Source of the DNA: Takakia lepidozioides
Taxonomy: Eukaryota > Plantae > Bryophyta
Direction: 5' to 3'
Assembly: GCA_030704615.1 (NCBI GenBank)
Contig: CM060734.1
Span: 47,430,001-47,494,000 of the forward strand
Length of the DNA stretch: 64,000 nt
Shown here: piece by piece, positions 10,427-22,800 of the stretch
Numbering within the stretch: position 1 is the stretch's first letter
Layout: each line of letters opens with the position of its first letter
Translations under genes and position numbers: made by a program
The notes under the pieces: model-generated
Told to the model about the DNA's origin: nothing
The model's input: only the letters and a program-made list of their open reading frames with translations
Databases searched by the model: none

Positions 10427-13400
10427 ATGCTGCCGCCCAGAGAATGCATGTTACCCACTGCCGTGGGCTTCGGATTCTGTGCATCGCCAAATTTCGAAGG
10501 AGGAGTCAAAGCAACACAATGCCATGAAAATTGTGTGCAAGATGCTACGTGGCAGAAGAATTCCGGACATGGCATGCCTGTTTTCCATGCCCACCCTTCA
10601 TGCTCTGCTGGTGCATTCAGTGCCCGGCCCGTGGGGAGTGTTGTGGTGGTGTGCATCCAAGACGTGGACCACATAGGGCTTCACTTAAATCAGGGTAGTT
10701 CCTTTCACTATCGACCAAAATCGAAGGAGGCATCAGATGCGGTTTACTCAAGTGGGTCATCCTTGAATAGATTGAGAGCAGCACACCACCCTCAGCCAGT
10801 ATTACAATTAAATCCACTTGATTTTGCTGTCGCCCCATCAAGACTGCATGCTTATGACCTGTGTGAAGCCATAGTCAGATCCTTTCATCAGTTGAGAACT
10901 TTTAGTACTTGCGTATCCGACTGGTTTGCAGGAGTAGGGGACAGTGGGTCCGGAGGCAGAGGTTTGGGTGGTGGTGGTAATGGCAGTGGAAATGGGGGTC
11001 GCTGGGGAGAAGGAGACAGCAGTAGGATTCCAGACAGGGAAGCTAACGCACAAGTTATCAGATACGAGGATGAAAGCGAGAGCCAGCCGAGTGACAACCA
11101 GAGTGGGTGGCCAGATCAAAGAATGGGTGTGAGCAGGCTCGATGCGGAAACAAGCTACATTTTCTCGAATGTGGAAGTTGTCAATTCGGAAGGTAGTATA
11201 CTAATCATACAAAATATCAATGGGATGTGTGACCTTGAAATCAACGTACTTCTGGTTTATAGCTCGGGTCCCCATCGCGAGTGCCCATCTCGTAGCGCCG
11301 TACTATGGCATACCATCGAGTTGTTTTTGGTCGAGTAGATAGATTCTGAAGGGGACATGTCCTTTGTGCATTGTACACATTATACGAGTGAACTACTTTG
11401 AACCACAAGCATGGGTGGGTTTTCAAGGTACAATTGTGGACGAGGCTACTTCCGCCTGTGAGATATTGGGAGTAACTGCAGGGGGCTGCTATACCAGAGA
11501 AGAGCTCGAAAAGGCGTTGTCTAGACTGTTGGACACAGGCTGGTATAAGAATGTTAGCGCACAATGTGATTCACAGCCTGGGGTGGCCATGACACTTACA
11601 GTCATGGTCGAAGAGGCCCATTATCCTGCTGCTTCTGTCTTCCGCTCCATTAATGTGGGCCCGCAATATAGTGGTGTGACCTGGAAACCTGGTGAGAAAC
11701 GCTGTGGAGGAGAATGTGATTGTGAGGAACAGCTGTCCAGAGGTTCTCGTTCATGCCTGCTACCCAAAGGTCTCGAGAGAGACATCTCGAGTATGCTGCA
11801 ATTGGGTGGAAAGGTGTCAAATGAGATCTTGAGTTCCATTCAGGAAAGAATAGAGAAATGGTACCACAGCCAAGGGTACCCATTCGCCCAGGTGAAGAAC
11901 TTTGGTGGGCTGGGGAGCAACGAGTTGCACTGCCACTTGGTTGAGGGGAAAATCACACATCTTTCTGTTTCTTTTGTTGACAAGTTGGGACATCCTGCAC
12001 ATGGCCACACCAGAAAAGAAGTAATTTTGCGAGAGCTACCACAGGCGGTATGTTGTCCTGGCCACTTTCGAAAAAATTCAATTCATTCAGCTGCTTCTAC
12101 TGCAACTCTGCTGCACTCAGTTGTAGGACCGAGCGGTGGTGTAAGCATGTGATGTCATTGTCTGAACTGGCTTCTCTTTTCTTGACATCTATACATACAG
12201 GATTTGTGCTCATTACCTGACCAAGCCTCAGGGTGAAGCTTCAGCCTTGGGATGTGGCTTCACAACTGAGCCACTGGTGGCATACTGGTGTATGCCAAAG
12301 AGTGCAACCTGCACTCTAGGCTAAGATTAAACAACGGTAACATAGAATGCCACAGTCTATGGGCATAAGGGACAGTGACCAATTTTATTCACTCAAATTT
12401 ATAATGCTCTACAATCATGTCTTAGTCATCATTCAGGTTGTTGTCACAAAACTTTCTACCAAGTCCAAGCCTCCTACGAACATGGTCATGGGTGTCACAG
12501 TTGATACTTGGTTCTTACAGCTGTCTATTGTCAAGTCTCTGCAAATAGATTTACCCTATGCTTGCATACACATACAAATTTGTGCTTTTATGCTCCCAAA
12601 TACAGAAGGAAGCTTTTCATACAGCTATTTTTTGGACAAAGTTACAGTTTCTGATGGCCACAGAGCTCAAAAAGTGCAATCAAAGACTGCTCCATGCATC
12701 ATTCCAACACTCAATTTATGGAGGAAAAAATCTTGATGACTGAGGAGGACACCATGCCAATCAGCTTTCAAGCTTCCATAATACCAGAAGCTGGTGTGCA
12801 TGGGAACACATCAGGGTCAAAAGCATGCAGAATCCACCTGTGATCCCTCCATGTGAGCCTTTTGTGTTGTTAATGCAAAGGAAATAGCTCAAGGGTCTGC
12901 AGGACCATCCCTATTTCTGTCTCCTATTTCTTCACAGTTACAGCAATGCTACTACCACCCTTCCCTCAGACATTCTACATTATTTTGGCAAGCATGCCTC
13001 GGTACTGTTTTGGGCCTTTTCTACAGGCTGGAAACCAACCCCTCTTGTACATTGTGGATTACAACATAGATTGTCTGGTAGTGGTGCCACAACCATTGTA
13101 TGGAAGTCAGATGCATCAAATTTTGTATTTCTTACACAATGTCTTACACCACTTTTATGCAATGAGGGGTGCAGGTGAGAGAGGGCATGCAATACAACGT
13201 CGGTGCAGGCAAGGCAGCGCTACACAGCATAGACCAGCTGGGGCTATTTGATGAAGTGCATGTGCTGCCATCACCCGATCCGGAGTTTTCTGATATGGGC
13301 GGTGTTGTCCTGCATGTGTTGGTCAGAGAGCGACCTCTTCAGTCTGCCTCCCTCCATCCTGAATGGAGCTTCCTTTCTAATGACTCTGGCAGGCCCAATC

Positions 13401-16400
13401 TGGTATAAGCCCCCATCCCCTTTCCTCCAACCACTTGTTTCCGCTGGCAAGAAGGATATTTTTCAAATATTCAAGCTATGATTGGATGAGCACCTGGCAG
13501 ACCACATTGTTGGCAGACTTTGCATAGAGAAGTCCATGATCAGCTGAACTCTATAAGGGTCACTGTTGTTGGTTGAAAAGGTGGCTCTGAAAATACTGGA
13601 GAGTTGCACGCTGGTCAGGTCACCTTTACTAGCTTGTTAAATGGAAGTCTGAGTTGTCTTCCAAAAAGGTAATCTGCTTGCAATAACTAAGTTCCTAGGG
13701 AGCCATGCCCCTATGTGTGTCATGACCAAAGAAGTTTCGAAGACTATTCTTTGGGAAGGTTTTCACCAAAAGCATTGTCATTACCAGCAGCAACTGCCCA
13801 AACTCTTCCACTTAAAAAGGAAGAGGACCTCATTCAGTGTTATCTTGCCACCAAACTGGCACATGAACTGATGGCTTGAGTTTCCACGTTGCAGTTGTGG
13901 TGTCACAACATGTGGAGCATGCTCTTTCTAGCAATTAGTTGCATCTTGAAATTGACATTTTTGACAAACGCACACAACCATTCAAGTGATCCTCCTATTT
14001 AGTCCAACATTTTGGAACATATGTACATTATTGTCCTAATCCAGGTCTACAGGTTCTGAGACATTCGGCTTTAAAGAGTTGTTTGTCTCTCAAATCTTGA
14101 TTAAGCTGCTTAAGGATAAAGGGTATGCTTTCCCTCTCCATTTGAAGATAATAAGATGTTCTCCACATTCATAAACATTTATCTGGTAGTTCAGCCTCTT
14201 TTCTTGAGAGGGAAGTGTAGACTTAGCTGTAGTAGAAACAGACCAGCCCCTTTAGGATTAACTGAAGCATTTTAGTTGCCATTTTGATGGGACTCTGGAC
14301 TCGTCATGTTCATTGGGAAGGTGTCCATTGCAGACAACAGTGCAGGCAGGTTGCAGTTTGTGTGTTGAGCATCGGAACATTGGAGGCTTGAACAGAGCTG
14401 TGTCTGGGTCGATTGCGACTGGTAACCTTCTACGACCTGAGGTACAATACCTACTATCCAGGTGTTTCTACGTCTATCCTTGATCTCGATCCCCTCTTCC
14501 TATGTCACCTTGTAGTGTGCCTGCTGCTGAGAAAGAAACATCCACACATTCAGAGTAGAATACCTTGAATATTGTATCCCATCAAACTCATCACTTTGAC
14601 TTCCAGGATGATCTGCGGTTCAAACTCGAGTATGTTCATCCGTATGTGGGTGGCTTGCAAAATCCCCACGACCGCACACTCCGAGTTGGCACCTTCAACA
14701 AAAGGAAGCTGAGCGCTATGTTTGCTGATGACGACAGCAATGAGGAATTTCCAGCAGTGTGGGTCGATCGTGCTGGCATCAAGGCCAACCTTACTGAGGT
14801 GACTGAACTTTACCCATATTATTCTACACCAACCGAGTACTTTTCAGAAATGAGCAAATTGGCATGTCATGTATCGTTTTCCCACCTCAAGCTTAGATGT
14901 AGACATGGCTGAAAAGCTGGAAGTTAATGTAGCTCTGTATTTGAGACCTGAGGGTTGCATGTTCATGAGGAAGTGTGCTTACCATGTTGCAGCAGTGATC
15001 ATAGATCCCTTCATTGGTAGCCCTCCTTGTCGGATCCTCTAGCAAGGGACCACATATGATCTCTTGACCAGAGGACTCAACAATTTTTGATCTGCGTGAT
15101 TGTGTGTGTTAACAAGGCAATGGTTCCCTTGCAGCACTTTTCAAACCAGAGTAAGCTTATGTATGGGATTGTTGTGGAAGAGGTTGCAACAAGGGATGAG
15201 GCAAGCACCATTTGTACACAGAGATTTGGAGTCTCTTCTCATGGAGCGACAGGAGTGGGTACTACTGGAATCGATCATGTTGCCTTTTTGCAGATGAAGG
15301 TCACACGCAGTAACACTCACACTGTCAATGGTGCACGTATTGGGGCTCGAGATATATTTCAGGTCAATCTGCAAGTTTTTTCTGGAGGTTTAAGAGAGGC
15401 GACAATGGCTAGGAGAGGCAACCATTGTTAGCAATGTGATCTTAAAACTATTCATAATAGAACACTTTTGCAGTGACCTTGGGCAGCTCAAAAGGACAGT
15501 TCAATTAGATAGGCAGAAAGGATCTGGGATGTGGTGAAATCTTCCTAGCAGCCAGGACTATTTCGAATCTGTGTGGGCCGAGTGGACTATGCAGTTTTAC
15601 TTTTCTGTTTTATGCCATGTTTGCTGTTAGGTGCCATTCAAGGTCAAGGGGGCAGGTCTGCAGATGTGACCAGCAGTGCTTGCCTGTAATTACGTGTGCT
15701 AAATGAGGAATTGCAGGTGGACCAAGGGCTAGGATTGGGGAGTCACACTCCACTATTCAATAGACATCAGCTTGTTACAACAAGATTTATTCCAATACAT
15801 AGGGAGATTCAACGAACAAACCAACCACCCTCTGTTGCTGTTTTACATGCCCGGTATGGAGGATGTGTGGGGGACCTGCCAAGCTATCGTGCTTTCACAA
15901 ATGGAGGCCCTTATTCACTGCGTGGTTATAACACAGGCGAGCTTGCAAATTTCAGTCGCTTTCTTGAGGTACTTTTGAGCTATATGATATCCACTCATTT
16001 GCTGGATGTCCTGTGTCTAGGGTGAGAGAAGGGAGACGTATCAGTATCCACTGTGGAACTCATTTGAACTTTGTAAGGGTCTTGTTCTACCCCCAGACGG
16101 TGGAAGGAGCCCAATGAATTTGTAGTAGATGTACATGGTAACTGAAATGTACAAGATAAATGGGGATGGTTGTTCCAAAACTGTTGCATTCTGTAAGGAA
16201 GGCCAGGTGTCAAAGCTATCAGCTCTGACTTCTATGCAGTGAGAGTCGAGGGAGGAGGTTGGGGATTTCAGGTTTTGGCAAACTAATTAAATGCTCCTTA
16301 GCACTTGAAACACACTGGACAGCTTGGATTCAACAATAGCTTGCTAGTTGTAGTGGATTGGCTTACATTTGGTACCTAACCTCTTGTTGTGAGGACTCAA

Positions 16401-16897
16401 TGATCCTGCTTGAAACTCCTTCAATGGTTACTGAAACTCATTGTAGTGTATGTCCTGACGAGAGTCATATAGCTGGAGGTATTTTAAGAGAAGATAGCAA
16501 AGAAGGACTTTTTTTAGAAGAGTGAGAGCAAGAGAGGCAGAGAGAAGGGAAGAGAGTATATTTATGGCGGCAAGCAAAGCCCAAATTACTATATCGCTCT
16601 ATTGTGTGATGGTGAGCCCAATCAGAAAGAGTTTTGTGCTGTTGAGATGCCTTTCAGGTGGCAGGGGAATTGCGGATGCCCGTACAGGGAGTTGAAGTTT
16701 ATGCCTTCTTTGAATCATTGACAAATTTCGAAAACTTCAGTGGCATGTGCCGAAACCGGCATAGTTTCTTCAAAAGGGTAGGCAGGGGTATAATTTATGG
16801 GGCAGGAATCAAAATGGGAAATCTTCGCACTGAGTACGTGATAGATTGCAATGAGAATGAAGGTTCTTTGAAGGTTTGTTTTGGTGAACGTTTTTAA
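10427..16897 (+). CDS. TOC75: Divergent TOC75-like Omp85 chloroplast outer-envelope translocon channel, ~877 aa
   Basis: Exons 10427-11192, 11428-12047, 13175-13402, 14334-14441, 14607-14798, 15135-15362, 15717-15968, 16658-16897, GT-AG and in frame. Poly-Gly stretch in exon 1. POTRA-type motifs (GGCYTREEL, KWYHSQGYPFAQV, VEGKIT) and barrel motifs (EHRNIGGLNR, DDLRFKLEYVHPY, VDQGLGLG, GGCVGDLPSY, GGPYSLRGYN, C-terminal FGERF). Start codon uncertain. Confidence 0.88.
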
Positions 16898-19624
16898 TTT
16901 TCCTATCGACATTTGTTTCAGGTTAAGGTGCTGTCTTTTGAGATTATTGTGACAGCTTTCTAGTCTCTAGAGGTATGTTGTATGTCTCAAATGGTGCTGT
17001 GAAGTGATGGTCTGGCCTTGTCTCTACGTTTCATGCTATTTGGTGACAACAGTAGTCAGATTGATAGAAAGTTTCAAAAACTTCATATCCTCTATGCTTT
17101 CTTCAGTCTTCTCGCTGAGCATGGTTGTTGTTCATGTATAAAATAAGGACTTTTCAATTAAAGCCTCCAACCAAAAACTGTTTGCTAATAGCAATGGAGT
17201 GGAAGTTGCTTAAGATGTTCTGTCTGTTGACTTCATTCTTTTTCTCTCGTGGTGCTTTTTGGCTTGTGCTGCCATCAATAATCGATGATGTGGAAGAAGC
17301 CACATGCATTGTGAGATAAACTTGGAAAGGTACAAAGTGAAAGTGATCAATGTGGCCTCTTCCATTCCACACATTGTTGGTGGCATAGGCCTTGCTCAAA
17401 TGCTCCCAGCTTGGTAGGCGCTCACCTTGCATACTACTGTTATGCTAGTTGTCAAGAGTTAGGGATGGAATTGGATTGTTTTACCATGAGAGAGATGTAT
17501 ACCACTCCAGCGACACTCGCATCCACATTATCCACGCTTTCGCGATAGTTGAAATGTAGCAAATAGAATGCCTGTAACAAATACATAAAAATATTCTATA
17601 GGTTGTGTACCTTAGACTCTACTCATGTAAATTTGACTGCTTCAAGAAAAATATACCTGTCAAGTTTGAATGGAGGGGGAAAAAAGTGCCTTGAGTTAGA
17701 AGGGGTATCTGCAAAAGATGGGCATGGAAAGCACAACTACTACTTAATTGTCAGATTGACAGCGACTTATATATTTAATATTTCTGTAAGTCGGCACATA
17801 CTTGCAAAAATATCCAAATGATGACTTTTCTTCATACTATGTTGGCAAGACTTATGAAAATACTTTAAGATTTATATGTATCTACACTTACCAAATATTC
17901 CATTGGAGCATTTACACAATCCACAAGTCTGCCCAAACATTTCAGAATCTGGAAGTTGACGTGGACATCGCAATTTTTCCCTGGATACAAAATCCGTATG
18001 ATGACACTTGACATTTGTGAAGAAATCCTTGGAACTAGGGTGAAGAAAGTTACCTTTATAAATGTTAAACTACCATCAATGTTAAGAAAATTTTACTCCC
18101 CTACTTGTGACACTAGCAAATGTTAAGTGTTACTTGTTAACAAATGTTTACTCCCCTCTTCATGGATTTGCCTTTAATAAATGTTAAGTGCACCATAAAC
18201 GCTACAAGATATGCTGGACTTGTAATATTTTGACTTAACTCTATAAGACTCCCTAAATAGCCTCATCAAAAAATATATCTTGCTACAATGGATGCTATTT
18301 ACTATTTAGACCTACCTATTTTTTTGAGATACATTTTTAAGAAATATTGGACCGGCTACAGTTGGTCATCCATAATGGGATGACCAATTAAATCCGGTCT
18401 CCAAGTGTGTAATCAAAGTGTTATAAATAGGTAGGATTCAAAATACACGCCGTAAGCCAAAAATTCGTTACCACCCAACTTCATATACACACACTTTAGG
18501 TTAGATATTAATGGGGTTTTATCTTGCATCATCCATGTTCAATCGTGGTTGCTAATGACACACGCTTGTTTTCATCCAACTTAAAAGCCATCCTCCTTAA
18601 ACATTCGTCATCATGTTTAATGTGTTTAGAACCTGTTTAATATGTTCAAGACCAATTAAACGAAGCACAAGCCTACACCGACCTTCCATTAACCCTCACT
18701 ATACTACACTAACACATAAGCTAATATGAGAGTCTCTCATGGTAGTTCTAAAATGTAATGGGAGCTAGCTTGAGATACACTCCGTAATTAAGCGCCATCC
18801 TAAAACATAACCAAAGGATCAGAAGCTAATCGTAAAGTAATACAATTGTGACTAAAAAATAATAAGATCTATGTTTCGCTATACTTTGCATCAGATGTTT
18901 TGTAAAGTATATAGTATTGAGATCGTGCCTCCAACTGCTCATGTAAAAGAAGTGGATGCTATTTCTTTAAAATAATAATAATAAAAATAATAAAAATCAT
19001 CGGATGTTGTTATCCGGATAATACTAGCCGGTTATTGCGTTCACTGGACATAAACAAGGTGGGTCATAGTCATGAGCTGGTCCTGCCTCTACTCATCACG
19101 TTCTGAAGGGGCATGCCTATTCATAACTTCATATCTTATGATGCATTCCCATTTTCTAAGATTTGAATGGACACTTGCATTTTCTGCATTATGGACAATA
19201 GAAAATCTCCTAAGAGCCGCACTCCTCTATCATGTTCTACCCTAATAATTGTAACTATTTTTTCATTAATATTTAATACATTAGATTTGAAGTTTGGGTT
19301 ATCTTATTTTATTAAAATAATTTTGGATTTGTTTGATAAGGGGATACTGAACCACCAGGGTCGTCTTGACATAAACTTCATTTGTCCATAACCGTATAGG
19401 GTTAAATTTTGTATTTGTTGCCAACCGGCAGGCTATCAGAAACGGAAAAGCTCCAAAACCCGGAAATTGGAGGATGTGAATACAAAGTTAAAGTTAAACA
19501 TCCATAACCGGCTGATATTAAAAAAGTCAAATAACCGCACAACACTGATTAACATTCACCTTAAAAGTCAATGTGATTGTGGGTACCCACAATCATGTGA
19601 TCCATAAACTTAAAGGCAGTCCTT

Positions 19625-19716
19625 TCTCTGTAAATTCACTGGACGTTAAAGAATCTTTATCTTATCTTTATCTCTGTAAATTCACTGGACATTAAAGAAA
19701 CTTTATCTTTATCTTA
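19625..19716. repeat. 46-bp tandem duplication
   Basis: tctctgtaaattcactggac(g/a)ttaaagaa(t/a)ctttatc at 19625 and 19671. Confidence 0.85.
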
Positions 19717-19874
19717 TCTCAAATGCCTTGACTTATAACTTTACCATGAACTAGGAAGAATCTTCTTGCCGGGAATTCCTCCCTAGCAACAGATTTCCCC
19801 TGCTTCCCTTCTCGCATGGTCCACCTCATCAAGCATCTAACTATACGTCTCTCAAGTTCACTCCTACATGGTCC

Positions 19875-22800
19875 ATTTTATTTTATTTTATTTTATTTTA
19901 AAGAAAGGGGACAGAAGCCCTGTTGATGAAATTAAATAAGAAGGAGCTACACAAGGGTGGAAAAAATAACCACCCGGGGGGGCCGTGAGGCTTACTGAGG
20001 GGGAACATCCCCGGAACCATATCGAACATGCTAAGAAAGGAGCAAATAAACCCGAAGAGATGACTTTGAGAAGGAAGGTTTGAGGGAGTGGTGAGGGGGG
20101 CCGAGAGAGATGCGGTAGGGGTGGGGGGATTAGAAGCAAGGATTCACTGATGGGAAGAAGACAAAGTCAGGAAAAAGCAATGTGCTAAGTCTTTAAAAAG
20201 ACTTGAAACCAGCAAGGGATGCGTGGGGATGGTGGAAGTCGATTTGAGGGTGATGCAACTCGGAACCATCGCAGAGACGACTGCAGATGCCAGACTTCTA
20301 GAACTGTAGCTGCGCGCGGAATTTGGGGGCTCTAGCACGTTTATGGCACCAGTTGCAATCTCCCTCATCACCTTCACCAGGGGACTTCCCATTGAGAAGG
20401 GATGGAATGTTGCCACGTGAATTTAGAGTTGGAAAAACCGGCGCCGAGCATTTTGCTTTTGCCCCAGGTGTCATGGAAGTCTTGAAGCAATTTCCTCCCT
20501 CGTTGCTCCGAATTTCTGGAAACAGCTGCACAGACAGTTAACCAAGCCTTCCGCCCCTCAGTCAACAGATCTTGGTAAGTATTGAATAATACCAATCTGC
20601 CCCTGGGGGGTTTTCCCTCATAAACCCAAGCACATCTTGTTTTCCATAAGTTCCACAAGGTAAGCGCTCTAAGAGCAGCCCAAACCGGGCAGATAGTTTG
20701 CACTTGACCTACGGTGAAATTCAGAAGCAACAGAGAAGGTGGGGGGGGAGAGGGGAAGCTATTCCACCGGGAGTAGAAACCAAGAACCAAGTGCCAGACT
20801 CTAACAGCCAGATTGCAAAACACCAGGCAGTGTTCAATGGATTTGGGAGAAGAACCACACAGAGAGCAGTTACGGTTGTCTTCATGGGTTTGTTCTCTGA
20901 CTGGAAGAATTCTATGCGCAATTTTCCATAGAAAACCGGATAGCCTGGCTGGTCTGTCTTTTCTCCAGATGTCTCTCCAGATTTTGTCCCATCCTTGGTG
21001 GTCTAGCAGCGGGATGCCCCATTTTGCTTTCCACTTGAATTCAAACGAACCGGGGGGGGGGGGGGGTTAATTGGGAGTATCCCTTTTTCACGGAGTACGC
21101 AAAGAAAGGGGTCTTTTTCTTATCCATCCATCTCCATTCTCCGGGATCGAATTGCAGGTCTACCAGTGGGCAGCTCAAAAACCAAGTGAGGTTTTCTTGT
21201 CTCGCCCATTGGGTCTCCATACCTTGCGGGGGCAGCGGGTTTGGGTTGCCCAGATTATCCAGAACTCTGATGTGAGGGAGGTCAGCTTTATCTCCTTCCA
21301 TTCTTCCTTGATACTGCAGAAGACCATCTCCATCTGCAGAAAAACCCAGACCTGTTGCTCTAACACCTTGGCAGGCTGTGACCAGCATGACCGGGGTCTG
21401 AATCTGTTGACTGGTGGCCATCCAAGTGGGTATTTTTATGACCAATGCATCAGCGAGGAGAGGTTCCATGTACTGAGGCACATTTGCCAAAATGGTGTCC
21501 CAGGTTTTAGCTCTTTTGTGCCCAACCATGGTGGCGACTTGCGCCCTGGATAAGAATTGATGATGACAGCGCATGTTTGATATGTGCGCGAATCCTGTCT
21601 GCTCCCAAAAAGCCCATTGCGGGGCCTACGAAAGAAGAATGTCTGAATCCATGTTATAATTAGCAAAAACAGGCTGTCTCAAACACTCCTGGTGAGTCAG
21701 AGGCATTCGCTACGTGAGATTGCCTATCATGCCATGCCAGGCCCTCCATACGGACTGCGATGGTTTGGAGCCCAAGGAAACAGCTTTGTTTTTACCTTGA
21801 ACAATCCATCTCAAGGATTGAGTCCAGAGGCTTGATGATGTGGGGATCGACCCATGAGGTAGGGTTGTATGAGCTTGTTCCATGGAGTGTTTCTATGCTT
21901 GATGGCTCTTGGGACCCACTTTGCCAACAGTGCCTTAAACTGCGCTGAGGGGTCAATGATACCAAGTCCACCTTTTTTTTTCTTTTGGCACAACTGGTCC
22001 CATGAGAGCAAAGCCCTTCTTGATGGGGCCGCAGAAGTAGCTCCCCATATGAATTACGAATGAGCGCCTTAATTTCTTTGACCATGTCCTCATCTGGGTC
22101 CCAAACTGCCTTAGAAAACCACATTGATGCCACCAAAACCTGGTTAGCAACTAAAGCTCTACCCACAATGGAGAGCATTGCAGCACTCCAGAACGTCAGG
22201 TTTTTTTTTAGCCTAGCAAGCACATCCTTGAAGCGGTCATGATTTGACATGTTCAGACCTATTTGATGGCCCAGCAGCTTGTGCGTTCGGCCCTCTTGCA
22301 GCCACCCAAGACAATGGTTTGTCGTTGCCTCATTATGCAGCTTGGACAAAATGCCCATTGATTTTTTCCAATTGACCTTGAGCCCTGTAGCCAAGCAGAA
22401 GGTGTGGAGAATTTGAAGTGCCTTGTCAACGTTGGCCTTAGTGGAGTTGTCCAGCAATAGAGTAGTGTCATCTGCATACATCGAGAGTTTCAGCATCTCC
22501 GGGGTCGGTGTGGGCAAGTGAAGGCCAATGATGTCTTGCCTGTAGTGCAACATGTGACCCAGCGAGTCCGCCGCTATGAGGAAGAGGAAGGGTGCCAGGG
22601 GGCAACCCTGCCGCACTGACTCTGCTAACATGATAACAACCATAATTGCACAACTAATTCGAGAAATCTGTCTCGTATCCAAAAGCTGATTTCTCCATAG
22701 CCCCTTCCAGAAAGGTCCAATCAATGGAGTCAAAGGCCTTTTCAAAATCAAGCATTAAGAAGGCCAGCGGCTGGCTGTTTATTTCTGCTCTGTGGAGGGC

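Noticed and set aside
19574-19595. Perfect 22-bp palindrome tgattgtgggtacccacaatca as a Helitron 3' hairpin
   Set aside because: No CTRR terminus at the expected distance on either strand. The AT-rich 17.5-19.6 kb block is probably TE-derived, but no ends could be defined.
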